A DNA stretch of 46,409 nucleotides, taken from contig PBSL01000050.1 in assembly GCA_002726205.1 (NCBI GenBank), positions 1-46,409 of the forward strand, given 5' to 3'. The notes under the pieces are model-generated. The model was not told where the DNA came from and searched no databases. It worked only from the letters and a program-made list of their open reading frames with translations. Below, piece after piece: positions 1-8,469 of this stretch (position 1 is the stretch's first letter; the number at the start of each line of letters is the position of its first letter). The DNA comes from Planctomycetaceae bacterium (lineage in GTDB: Bacteria > Planctomycetota > Planctomycetia > Planctomycetales > Planctomycetaceae). Both the position numbers and the translations under genes were made by a program.

Positions 1-70
1 GGCTTCCGGTTCGGCTTCCGGTTCGGCTTCCGATTCGGCTTCCGGTTCGGCTTCCGGGTCGGCTTCGGCC
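1..70. repeat. 12-bp tandem repeat (ggcttccggttc and near-variants), about 5.8 copies; encodes (EPEA)n on the minus strand
   Basis: Direct reading: units at 1-12, 13-24, 25-36 (one substitution), 37-48, 49-60 (one substitution), and a degenerate copy at 61-70. The minus-strand frame is open through the whole repeat. Confidence 0.85.
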
Positions 71-165
71 ACGACCTCGGCGGCCCCGTTGCCCGGCTCG
101 GTCACCGCATCGCCGACCGACTCGTCGGCCGATTCGTCAACAGGAATCGTGGTGTCGTCAATCAT
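1..165 (-). CDS. Partial CDS (N-terminal 55 codons; continues beyond the window start): MIDDTTIPVDESADESVGDAVTEPGNGAAEVVAEADPEAEPEAESEAEPEAEPEA...; acidic repeat extension. Its position directly downstream of secE makes nusG a candidate
   Basis: The ATG (rc of cat at 163-165) overlaps the TGA of an upstream spurious frame. The frame is open to position 1 and is absent from the ORF track only because no stop lies inside the window. Synteny tuf-rpmG-tRNATrp-secE-nusG is conserved in many bacteria. No NusG NGN-domain residues are visible in the window, so the identity is an inference. Confidence 0.35.
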   Translation of the reverse strand, partial: MIDDTTIPVDESADESVGDAVTEPGNGAAEVVAEADPEAEPEAESEAEPEAEPEA

Positions 166-337
166 CGCGTCAGGCCGCTCCGCTTGCGAAGTTCAGCATG
201 CAGCCGAAAAACATCCGGCTTCTTCATGCCCGAGACCGCCACGACCGATCCGGCCGACAACGCCCCCTTATCCCTCTCGATCCAATCGCCAATCCGGAGT
301 CGATCTTCCCGCCGGACACTGCACTCCGCAGTCCGGT

Positions 338-793
338 TCAGAACAACACCCCGGTACTCGTGAAGACTCGCTGCCAGAAAACGTCGAACAGGAACAGTAC
401 CGCCGTAAGGATGACCATCGTGACGAGTACCACCACGGTGGCCCGCTTCAACTCGCCCCAATCGCTCCAGGTCACCTTGTCCATTTCGGCCTCGACCGAG
501 ATCAGGAAGTCGGCAAACCGGGGCCAATGAATAATCCGGTAGGTGGTCCACAATCCCAGGAAGGTTATTCCCAGTGAAACCCCCAGGGCCATCCGCGCGG
601 CTCCCTGACTTTCAGAGAGCAACTTGTAGTACAGGGTATAGGTCCCGAAGAGCACGATCAATGACACGGCCGCCGCCGTCAGCTGGCGAGTCACCCGTCC
701 CTGGGTCCGCTTGTAGCGTGTGAACACGAAGTTATTCGCGATCACTCCACGACCTCCAGCTGCAGTCGCTGCACCACTTTTCTGCTTGGCCAT
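338..793 (-). CDS. secE: Preprotein translocase subunit SecE (151 aa from MAKQKSG...)
   Basis: C-terminal hallmark ...EAEMDKVTWSDWGELKRATVVVLVTMVIL (KVTWP-like motif followed by a TM helix) plus additional N-terminal TM helices. The track ORF start at 886 lies inside tRNA-Trp, so the start is trimmed to the in-frame ATG at 791-793. Position is just after tRNA-Trp, as in the E. coli tufB-secE locus. Confidence 0.8.
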   Translation of the reverse strand: MAKQKSGAATAAGGRGVIANNFVFTRYKRTQGRVTRQLTAAAVSLIVLFGTYTLYYKLLSESQGAARMALGVSLGITFLGLWTTYRIIHWPRFADFLISVEAEMDKVTWSDWGELKRATVVVLVTMVILTAVLFLFDVFWQRVFTSTGVLF

Positions 794-859
794 GTCGTTT
801 GTCCAGGTCTCGAGAGCCCTGCTGTTGGTGAACCGATTCAAGGGGGGGAGACGGAAAGG

Positions 860-932
860 CACGGGCGGAGGGACTTGAACCCCCAACCGCTGGATTTGGA
901 ATCCAGTGCTCTGCCAATTGAGCTACACCCGT
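860..932 (-). tRNA. tRNA-Trp (anticodon CCA)
   Basis: Reverse complement reads ACGGGTGTAGCTCAATTGGCAGAGCACTGGATTCCAAATCCAGCGGTTGGGGGTTCAAGTCCCTCCGCCCGTG. It has a 7-bp acceptor stem, a D-arm GCTC/GAGC, the anticodon loop ATTCCAAAT, and a T-arm GGGGG-TTCAAGT-CCCTC. It is close to E. coli tRNA-Trp. Confidence 0.9.
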
Positions 933-995
933 CTAGATCCTGAAAACCCCGCTGGTGAGGCAATCCACTGCCGATACCCTCCGGGATTGTCTGTA

Positions 996-1151
996 CTACT
1001 TCTTACGAGACTCCTTGTGCACCGTGTGTTTGCGGAGCTTGCGACAGTACTTCTTCAACTCCAGCCGCTCGGTCCCCCGGGTCTCCTTCTCGACGCGGTA
1101 GTTGCGTTCGCCACATTCAGTGCATTCCAGCCAGATGAATTCCCGTGCCAT
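996..1151 (-). CDS. rpmG: 50S ribosomal protein L33 (51 aa)
   Basis: The minus-strand translation MAREFIWLECTECGERNYRVEKETRGTERLELKKYCRKLRKHTVHKESRKK shows the L33 zinc-ribbon motif CxxC...YC. It is absent from the ORF track, presumably because of its short length. It lies between tuf and tRNA-Trp/secE. Confidence 0.85.
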   Translation of the reverse strand: MAREFIWLECTECGERNYRVEKETRGTERLELKKYCRKLRKHTVHKESRKK

Positions 1152-1234
1152 GACCGGCCTCCCGGAAGGGTCCGACCATCCCCGGACTCGTTGAAGGAAT
1201 CTCCGGGCAGGGCCGAACCGGTTGTCGCTGACGT

Positions 1235-2431
1235 CTACTCGACGATTTCGATGACCCGGCCCGAGCCGACCGTCTTACCGCCTTCGCGAATCGCGAACCG
1301 GCTGCCGCCGTCCATGGCGATCGGCTTGCCGAGCTCGATTTCCATGGTCACGTTGTCGCCGGGCATGCACATCTCAATACCATCGGGCAGGTGAGCGGCT
1401 CCGGTGACATCGGTGGTCCGGAAATAAAACTGTGGGCGATAGCCGGTAAAGAACGGGGTATGCCGTCCCCCTTCTTCCTTGGAAAGCACGTAGACCTCGC
1501 CCTTGAACTTCGTGTGCGGGTTGATCGATCCGGGGGCGGCCAGTACCTGGCCTCGCTGGATCTCGTCCTTCTTGACCCCACGCAGGAGGATACCGACGTT
1601 GTCGCCAGCCTCGCCGGTGTCGAGCGTCTTGTTGAACATCTCGACGCCCGTGCAGGTCGTCTCCGCCGTTTCTTCGAGTCCGATGATCTCGATCTTCTCA
1701 CCGACATTGATCACGCCCTGCTCGATCCGACCCGTGGCCACTGTCCCGCGACCCTCGATCGAGAACACATCCTCGACGGCCATCAGGAACGGCTTCTCGT
1801 TGTCACGGACCGGTTCGGGGATGTGGCTGTCGAGTGCTTCCATCAACTTACCGATGCACTCGTTGGCCGCTTCGTCTTCGGGCGAGTCCAGTGCCGGCTT
1901 GCTCGAGCCGTAGATCACCGGAATGTCGTCGCCGGGGAAATCGTACTTGTTCAACAGGTCGCGGATTTCTTCCTCGACCAGCATCAGGAGTTCTTCGTCA
2001 TCGACCAGGTCGACCTTGTTCAGGAACACGACCAGCGCGGGGACGTTCACCTGCCGGGCCAACAGGATGTGTTCCCGCGTCTGGGGCATCGGCCCGGTCC
2101 CGGCCTCGACCACCAGGATTGCACCGTCCATCTGAGCAGCGCCGGTGATCATGTTCTTGATGTAATCGGCGTGGCCGGGGCAGTCGATGTGAGCATAGTG
2201 CCGCGACTCGGACTCGTACTCGACATGACTGACGGCAATCGTCACCGTCTTGTTCTCGTCACGCACGGTCCCGCCCTTGGCGATGTCGGCATAGCTCTTG
2301 AACTCGGCCAGCCCCTTGGTCTGCTGCACCGCAAGAATGGCCGCTGTCAGTGTGGTCTTACCGTGGTCGATGTGACCGATTGTTCCCACGTTGACGTGCG
2401 GCTTGGTGCGTTCAAAGACTTCCTTAGCCAT
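1235..2431 (-). CDS. tuf: Elongation factor Tu
   Basis: [32 protein letters not shown]... with G1-G5 GTPase motifs ([18 protein letters not shown]) and the EF-Tu domain 2/3 signature. The start is trimmed from the track ORF (2647) to the ATG at 2429-2431, which is preceded by GGAGAG. The longer ORF would overlap tRNA-Thr. Confidence 0.97.
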   Translation of the reverse strand: MAKEVFERTKPHVNVGTIGHIDHGKTTLTAAILAVQQTKGLAEFKSYADIAKGGTVRDENKTVTIAVSHVEYESESRHYAHIDCPGHADYIKNMITGAAQMDGAILVVEAGTGPMPQTREHILLARQVNVPALVVFLNKVDLVDDEELLMLVEEEIRDLLNKYDFPGDDIPVIYGSSKPALDSPEDEAANECIGKLMEALDSHIPEPVRDNEKPFLMAVEDVFSIEGRGTVATGRIEQGVINVGEKIEIIGLEETAETTCTGVEMFNKTLDTGEAGDNVGILLRGVKKDEIQRGQVLAAPGSINPHTKFKGEVYVLSKEEGGRHTPFFTGYRPQFYFRTTDVTGAAHLPDGIEMCMPGDNVTMEIELGKPIAMDGGSRFAIREGGKTVGSGRVIEIVE

Positions 2432-2589
2432 TTTTCCAGTCTCTCCCGATCCTACTTTCGTACAAGGATACCTGCGTGTGTGAAAACCTGCCGGAACATC
2501 AGTTTCCCGGCCGACTTGAAACATCTTACCCGGGTCATCCGGGAACAACCTGACTAATACAGTAGCAGTTGACGGGCAATTCAAAAAGG

Positions 2590-2661
<72 letters not shown>

Positions 2662-2798
2662 CTGGGCAACTTCAGACGTCTCACCCCGGAACCGGGCAAC
2701 CCCACTTCCGACTTCCGAGCCCGCACCGGGCGGTGGACGGGAAACACGGGACTCGAAAAATCGGGATGCCAGGAGGGCTGTGCGGCGTCCGAACCAAG

Positions 2799-2870
<72 letters not shown>

Positions 2871-3060
2871 TCGTGGGTTCAAGGTCGGAACCCGGCGAGT
2901 TGAGGACTCCTTACTGGAAAGGAAACAATGAAAACCGATCTTCAATCAACCGACGTCAGCGCCGATGGGATCACAGGCAATGGCATCGCCGATACAATTC
3001 CATATCTTCGATTCTATATCTTCGATCCGAGTCACCGGCTCGGGCCAATAACTCGACAAG

Positions 3061-3142
<82 letters not shown>

Positions 3143-3222
3143 TAAACCACAAACTGCTCAACGAGCGTCGACAGAGTGTCTCAATGGAGCGTCCCCGGTC
3201 GGCCGCACCGAAAGGCACGGGA

Positions 3223-3295
3223 AGCTAGCGGTGGGACTCGAACCCACAACCTCCGGTTTACAAAACCGGGGCTCTGCCGATTGAGCTACGCTAGC
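3223..3295 (-). tRNA. tRNA-Thr (anticodon TGT)
   Basis: rc: GCTAGCGTAGCTCAATCGGCAGAGCCCCGGTTTTGTAAACCGGAGGTTGTGGGTTCGAGTCCCACCGCTAGCT. Anticodon loop TTTGTAA. Confidence 0.9.
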
Positions 3296-3327
3296 CCATA
3301 AAGCCTCGGGGGACAACAAGGCCGGTC

Positions 3328-3355
3328 AATATAGCAGCCCGATACGCGCTTGCAA
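3328..3355 (-). promoter_or_regulatory. sigma70-type promoter for the tRNA(Thr-Tyr-Gly-Thr)-tuf operon: TTGCAA - 16 nt - TATATT
   Basis: Minus-strand read cTTGCAAgcgcgtatcgggctgcTATATTgaccgg. The -10 element lies ~33 nt upstream of the tRNA-Thr(TGT) 5' end. Hexamers are near-consensus and the local sequence is AT-rich. Confidence 0.55.
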
Positions 3356-3371
3356 GGCAGAAAGGCGTGTT

Positions 3372-5042
3372 TCAGTCGAGCCCGGCGATCTCCAGTTGAC
3401 CCCGCCTGGCCACACGCTCCAGTTTCTTCAACGCCCGGCTCTCCAACTGGCGAATCCGTTCCTTGGTCACTCCGAAGCGGCGTCCCACCTGCTCCAACGT
3501 CTGGGGTTCAGAACCTTCCGACAGACCGAACCGTCTCGTGATCACCTCGCGTTCGCGCGGGTCAAGATGTTCAAGGATTTCCATGATCACCTCGTGCTGC
3601 TGCCGATTGACCTTCTGTTCGAGAAACGGGTTGCCCCCCTCGTCCGATCGCGATCCGAAGAACTCCTCGTGCCCCGTGCGGAAACGATCCCGCTGCCGGT
3701 GTTCCCGCGGTACCGAGCGGGCAAAATTTCTCATGATCGCCCAGGTCGCGTAGGTCGAGAACTTGTTTCCCAGCAGATAATTGAACTTCTCGATTGCCCG
3801 GATCAGCGACAGGTTGCCGTCACTGACCATCTCGAAGAAGTTCATGCCGGGACGCAGATGCTTCTTGGCAATCGAGACGACCAGTCGCAGGTTGCTGCGG
3901 ATCAGAAAATTCTTCACCGCCATGCTCTCCTCGAGCAAAGCCTCGACGCGATCCATTCTCGCCGAGACCGGCCGGCGACCCCGCAAATCCTTCCGCGCCA
4001 CCGACGCCTGCCATCTCAGGAAGTTCATCTTCCGAAAATGATACTGCTCCTGTTCCCGCGTCAGCACCGGCAGCGTGTACAGCGAGGCCAGGTAGGCCGG
4101 CAGTCCCGGTGGTGCCTTGGTGGCCCGTGCCCCGGGATTTTCCGGTGCCTCCCCCAGGATCCACTCCGCGGCCCCCTGCTCACGAAACTCATCACTGTCC
4201 ATGAAATCGATCGGCTGCTCGAGCAGGATCTCGGCGCGGATCTCGGCGGCCACACGATAAATCGAGTTGCGGGTACGGCTGAAACGTCGGGCAAGCAGAT
4301 CGACCGAAGTGCCCTGGCGGAGCATCCGGTAGATCTCGCGACGATCCTCGCTCGAGAGCACCGCCGTCACGCCAAACACGGCGGCCTCGGGATGGATTCG
4401 GTCATGGTCGCGCAGCGTCGTCCGAATCGTCTCGGCCGAACGACCCATCCGCTTGGCCAACTGCTGGCTGATCTGCGTCGGGTTACTGCCACGCCGCGCA
4501 AGTTGCCTGGCTGCCTGCACGATCTCTTCTCGCTCCCGCGGCTTCAACTGGGAGAACCGGGATCCTCGCAGAACCTCGGTCGCGTGTCGGCGTGCGAACC
4601 GGTCCAGCGTTGACTGCAGGAACCCGATCCGTTTGCGGCCGTTGATCAGAAACCGCCGCGACACGAGTCCCCGATTCCGCCAGCGATCGACGGTCTTCGT
4701 CGAGACGTTGTACTGCGTTCCGACATCTTCGATCGTCAAGACCGCCTCGCCGACGTCGGCAACCGTCAGGTCGAGGCTATCCGAGAGGTCCTCGACAAAA
4801 CATCTCAGGTCCCGAATCGTCTCCTCGCCGGACAACACCAGGTCGGGATACTTGTCCGGGCGAAAACCGGTGATCTCCTCGCACACGTCCGGATAGGCGT
4901 AGGTCCGATCCGCATGCAGCCGATCCACGAACCGCTCGGTCCGCTCGATCTGCTCGAGCCGAACACCGCGAGGCGCAAAACGCACCTGCTGCCCGGCCAA
5001 CTGACTCAGCGCTGGATTCCGGTAGCGTGCCATCGGATACAT
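3372..5042 (-). CDS. Sigma-70 family RNA polymerase sigma factor with ~290-aa N-terminal extension (556 aa)
   Basis: Region 2 reads NLRLVVSIAKKH...FFEMVSDGNLSLIRAIEKFNYLLGNKFSTYATWAIMRNFARS, and C-terminal region 4 HTH reads TLEQVGRRFGVTKERIRQLESRALKKLE. It lacks the RpoD region-3 IRIPVHM signature and region 1.1. The N-terminal part contains HTH-like segments with no family match recognised by eye. Confidence 0.8.
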   Translation of the reverse strand: MYPMARYRNPALSQLAGQQVRFAPRGVRLEQIERTERFVDRLHADRTYAYPDVCEEITGFRPDKYPDLVLSGEETIRDLRCFVEDLSDSLDLTVADVGEAVLTIEDVGTQYNVSTKTVDRWRNRGLVSRRFLINGRKRIGFLQSTLDRFARRHATEVLRGSRFSQLKPREREEIVQAARQLARRGSNPTQISQQLAKRMGRSAETIRTTLRDHDRIHPEAAVFGVTAVLSSEDRREIYRMLRQGTSVDLLARRFSRTRNSIYRVAAEIRAEILLEQPIDFMDSDEFREQGAAEWILGEAPENPGARATKAPPGLPAYLASLYTLPVLTREQEQYHFRKMNFLRWQASVARKDLRGRRPVSARMDRVEALLEESMAVKNFLIRSNLRLVVSIAKKHLRPGMNFFEMVSDGNLSLIRAIEKFNYLLGNKFSTYATWAIMRNFARSVPREHRQRDRFRTGHEEFFGSRSDEGGNPFLEQKVNRQQHEVIMEILEHLDPREREVITRRFGLSEGSEPQTLEQVGRRFGVTKERIRQLESRALKKLERVARRGQLEIAGLD

Positions 5043-5357
5043 CCTGCCTTTCTACCCGACCCGATCGTTCGAAACCGCGGAACGGCCCCATCAACCGCCC
5101 GCCCGCTCGGCCCGCCTCCTCACCCTGCCGCCCCGACTCGAGGCCACACAGGTCCTGGTTGCCTCCTCCGGTATTCGTTGTGGATCCAGAATCTTGACGA
5201 CCGATCCCGTGATTATTGTTGAAGTCGCCCCCCACGACCACAACCCACCGTGTTTGTCCGTCCGACACCCGTTTTACGCGTCACTTGGACGCATCGTGGG
5301 AGAAAAAAGTTCCCGCCCCACGACCGATTACGACAGAAGTTCAGCCAAACCCCCCAC

Positions 5358-5822
5358 TTACTGCGACAGCAGCGGAATTCCACGTATCTTCAAGTACCCG
5401 GAAATTCCGACGATGGTCAGCGCCACCACGATCATCACGAGCAACGTCGCTGACGAGCGATCGCGAAATTTCTTCAGAACCTGTGAACGTCCGACCAGAG
5501 CCGACGCCAGGAAAAACAGCAGGAAGGCCAGCAGCATCTTGATCCCGACGAACATGTCATACCGCTTGTCGCTCGTATGCATCGGTCGCATCACAACCAG
5601 GTAATTGTAGAAACCGCTTACCAGCAACAACGCGATGCCGCCGTGCACGATCCATTTCCAGCGATTCGCCAGGCGGTCTCTCAGGTCAAGTTGAATCTCC
5701 TCCGGAATTTTCTTCACGCTGGGCAGCAATACGAACCGCAAGAAGACGGTCCCTCCGACCAGCACGATCGCCGTCGCAATGTGTACGACCCGCAAGATGG
5801 TCTGCATTGCCGAGTTGTCCAT
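5358..5822 (-). CDS. Hypothetical integral membrane protein (~155 aa, about 4 predicted TM helices) starting MDNSAMQTILRVVHIATAIVLVGG...
   Basis: Hydrophobic helices (ILRVVHIATAIVLVGGTVFL; WIVHGGIALLLVSGFYNYLVV; MFVGIKMLLAFLLFFLASALV; LLVMIVVALTIVGISGYL). The start is trimmed from the track ORF (6086) to an internal ATG. No family assigned. Coordinates here may be off by 1 nt. Confidence 0.5.
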   Translation of the reverse strand: MDNSAMQTILRVVHIATAIVLVGGTVFLRFVLLPSVKKIPEEIQLDLRDRLANRWKWIVHGGIALLLVSGFYNYLVVMRPMHTSDKRYDMFVGIKMLLAFLLFFLASALVGRSQVLKKFRDRSSATLLVMIVVALTIVGISGYLKIRGIPLLSQ

Positions 5823-5988
5823 CGCCGTGTTCTCCGTCGGAATTGGGTTTGGCCGCGGTGCCACCTCCCAGAGCCTAGCGATCGCGGCGCGGGGCTGGCA
5901 ACCACGCTTCACGACGCTCCCTGAACCCGGGGATCCTCGAGAAGAGGCGGGTGGCCACAACCGGGAGGATCTCCATACAATCAAACTC

Positions 5989-8445
5989 ATGGTTCCCCCG
6001 AAAGCCGTCCTGCTGTTGATCCTTGTCCTGGCCGTGACCAGGACGACCGCGGCCGATTCGAAACCGGCTCCCCAACCACGGGACAAGGCGGGAGTGGCCT
6101 ATTTCGAGAAGCACGTTCGTCCCCTGTTGATCCGGCGGTGCTATTCGTGCCACTCCGGCCAGGCCCGGCCCCTGCGAGGTGAACTCCGACTCGATACCCG
6201 GGCCGGTTGGCAACGTGGTGGAGAAAGTGGAACGGCAATCCGACCGGGACGCCCCAAGGCGAGCCTGCTGGTCAAGGCCGTCCGCTACGATGACGACAGC
6301 CTGCAGATGCCGCCGAAGCGGAAGCTCCCGGCCGACGAGATCAGGATTCTTGAGCACTGGATCAGCCTGGGTGCCCCGGACCCGCGAACCGGACACAAGA
6401 CCAGCGGCAGCAAGCGGGGCACGGCCGACCACTGGGCCTTCCGGCCCCTGGTGGCGCCGCCGATTCCCGGTGCCACGGTCGACCCCGGTGGCTGGTCCCA
6501 AACCCCCGTCGATCGCTTCCTGCTGTCCCGGCTCCGGGAGAACCAGCTCGCCCCCTCCCCTTCCGCCGATCGTCTCACGCTGATTCGACGCGTCAGTTTC
6601 GATCTCCTGGGCCTGCCGCCATCGCCGGAGGAGATCGAGACATTCCTGGCCGACCGCCAGCCGACCGCCTGGCAGCAACTGGTCGATCGACTGCTGGCCA
6701 GCCCACACTACGGCCAACGCTGGGGTCGTCACTGGCTGGACATCGCCCGCTACGCCGACTCGAACGGGCTCGACGAAAACGTCGCCCACGGCAATGCCTG
6801 GCGGTACCGTGACTGGGTGATTTCGGCCTGGAATTCCGGCCTGCCCTACGACCAGTTCGTCCGCCACCAGTTGGCCGGCGACCTGCTCCCCGACATCCCC
6901 TCCCCGGATCGTCAACGCCACCGTACCCAGCGACTGATCGCCACCGGTTTTCTTTCGCTGGGCCCCAAGGTGCTCGCCGAGGTCGATGCGAAGAAGATGG
7001 AGATGGACATCGTCGACGAGCAGGTCAATACGGTCGGGCGATCCTTCCTCGGACTGACACTTGGCTGCGCCCGTTGCCACGACCACAAGTTCGACCCGAT
7101 CTCGATGCGCGACTACTACGCCCTGGCCGGCGTGTTCCAGAGCACCAAGACCATGGAACACTTCAAGAAGGTGGCCCGTTGGTGGGAGAACCCGATCGCA
7201 ACCGCCACCGAACAGCAACGGCTCGCGAAGCACAAGAAACAACTGGCCGCAACGAAGGCCGAGATCGACAGCGTGATCAAGTCCGCCCGCGCGGACCTCG
7301 GCAAGACGCCCGGTTCCGGGGAGACGAAAACCAAGGACGAGGAATCCCGATTTCCGGTCGGGACACGAGACAAGTTGAAGTCGCTTCGCGCCGACCTCAA
7401 GACGCTCGAAACCACCATGCCCGAATTGCCCACCGCGATGGGAGTCATCGACGGTAAGGTCGCCGACACGCAGATTCATCTCCGTGGCAATCATCTCGCA
7501 CTGGGCGAGACCGTCCCCCGTGGTGTCCCGGAAGTGCTGGCCGGGACTGACAGCCGACGATTTCCCGCCGGCCAGAGCGGCCGCCTGGAACTGGCCAACT
7601 GGTTGACCGCTTCCAACCACCCGCTGACGGCTCGCGTGTTCGTCAACCGTCTCTGGCGGTGGCACTTCGGACGCGGCCTGGTGGCCACGACCGACAACTT
7701 CGGCCAGTTGGGCGACCGCCCGACTCACCCCCACCTGCTGGACTTTCTCGCCACGGAGTTCATCCGCGGCAACTGGTCGATCAAACGGCTGCACCGTCTG
7801 ATCGTCCTTTCGTCGGCCTACCGCATGCAGAGCAGCCCCCGGGCTGACGCGATGGCCGTCGATCCCGAAAACCGGCTGTGGTGGAGAAGTCCCCTGAGAC
7901 GTCTTGAGGCCGAGGCCCTGCGTGACGCGATGCTCTCGGTCACCGGATCGCTGGACACCTCGATGCGCGGATCCCTGCTGCACGTGAAGAACCGTGGCTA
8001 CTTCTTTGACCACACCTCAAAGGATGAAACCCGTTACAACGTCCCCCGGCGGTCGGTGTACCTGCCGGTCGTCCGCAACCATCTCTACGACGTTTTCACG
8101 CTGTTTGATTACACCGACGCGAGTGTGATGACCGGGCATCGCGCCACGACCACCGTCGCGCCTCAGGCGCTGTTCCTGCTCAACAGCAAGCTGGTCCATC
8201 GGGTCAGCCGCCAACTGGCCGGGGTGGCCCTGGACGCTCCGGCGGCCAACGTATCTCAGCGACTCGACCGACTCTACAGGCGGATCCTGGGACGTCCGGC
8301 CACGTCGACCGACCTGGACCACGCACGGCGGTTCCTGGACCGGGTCCAGGCGACCTTGCCACAGGGCAAGTCCACCCCCATCAACACCTGGACCGCCCTT
8401 TGTCATGTGCTCGTGGCGAGCAACGAGTTCATCTACCTGAAATGA
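5989..8445 (+). CDS. Secreted DUF1549/DUF1553 (PSCyt1/PSCyt2/PSD1) domain protein with CxxCH motif (818 aa from MVPPKAVLLL...)
   Basis: Signal peptide MVPPKAVLLLILVLAVTRTTAAD. PSCyt1-type CYSCHSG. DUF1549 block WGRHWLDIARYADSNG. DUF1553 block CARCHDHKFDP. C-terminal PSD1-like tail. The start is trimmed from the track ORF (5779) to the ATG beginning the signal peptide. Confidence 0.85.
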   Translation: MVPPKAVLLLILVLAVTRTTAADSKPAPQPRDKAGVAYFEKHVRPLLIRRCYSCHSGQARPLRGELRLDTRAGWQRGGESGTAIRPGRPKASLLVKAVRYDDDSLQMPPKRKLPADEIRILEHWISLGAPDPRTGHKTSGSKRGTADHWAFRPLVAPPIPGATVDPGGWSQTPVDRFLLSRLRENQLAPSPSADRLTLIRRVSFDLLGLPPSPEEIETFLADRQPTAWQQLVDRLLASPHYGQRWGRHWLDIARYADSNGLDENVAHGNAWRYRDWVISAWNSGLPYDQFVRHQLAGDLLPDIPSPDRQRHRTQRLIATGFLSLGPKVLAEVDAKKMEMDIVDEQVNTVGRSFLGLTLGCARCHDHKFDPISMRDYYALAGVFQSTKTMEHFKKVARWWENPIATATEQQRLAKHKKQLAATKAEIDSVIKSARADLGKTPGSGETKTKDEESRFPVGTRDKLKSLRADLKTLETTMPELPTAMGVIDGKVADTQIHLRGNHLALGETVPRGVPEVLAGTDSRRFPAGQSGRLELANWLTASNHPLTARVFVNRLWRWHFGRGLVATTDNFGQLGDRPTHPHLLDFLATEFIRGNWSIKRLHRLIVLSSAYRMQSSPRADAMAVDPENRLWWRSPLRRLEAEALRDAMLSVTGSLDTSMRGSLLHVKNRGYFFDHTSKDETRYNVPRRSVYLPVVRNHLYDVFTLFDYTDASVMTGHRATTTVAPQALFLLNSKLVHRVSRQLAGVALDAPAANVSQRLDRLYRRILGRPATSTDLDHARRFLDRVQATLPQGKSTPINTWTALCHVLVASNEFIYLK

Positions 8446-8469
8446 CCTGACCACGACGAAGTCACAACC

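Noticed and set aside
1-70. Whether the 12-bp tandem repeat is a CRISPR-like or non-coding minisatellite
   Set aside because: There are no spacers; it is a pure tandem array. It is in frame with an ORF, encoding EPEA repeats. The array is treated as a coding VNTR.
794-886. N-terminal extension of the secE ORF (track start 886)
   Set aside because: It would overlap tRNA-Trp (860-932). It was trimmed to the in-frame ATG at 793.
5779-5988. 70-aa N-terminal extension of the module-A PSCyt ORF (MCTTRKM...)
   Set aside because: The extension has no signal peptide. The downstream Met begins a canonical signal peptide.
Near 5876-5881 my manual reading and the ORF-track frame disagree by 1 nt. The three ORFs spanning it seem to require ctagcgatcg where the printed sequence reads ctagcatcg, so it is possibly my misreading. 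Track coordinates were therefore used.
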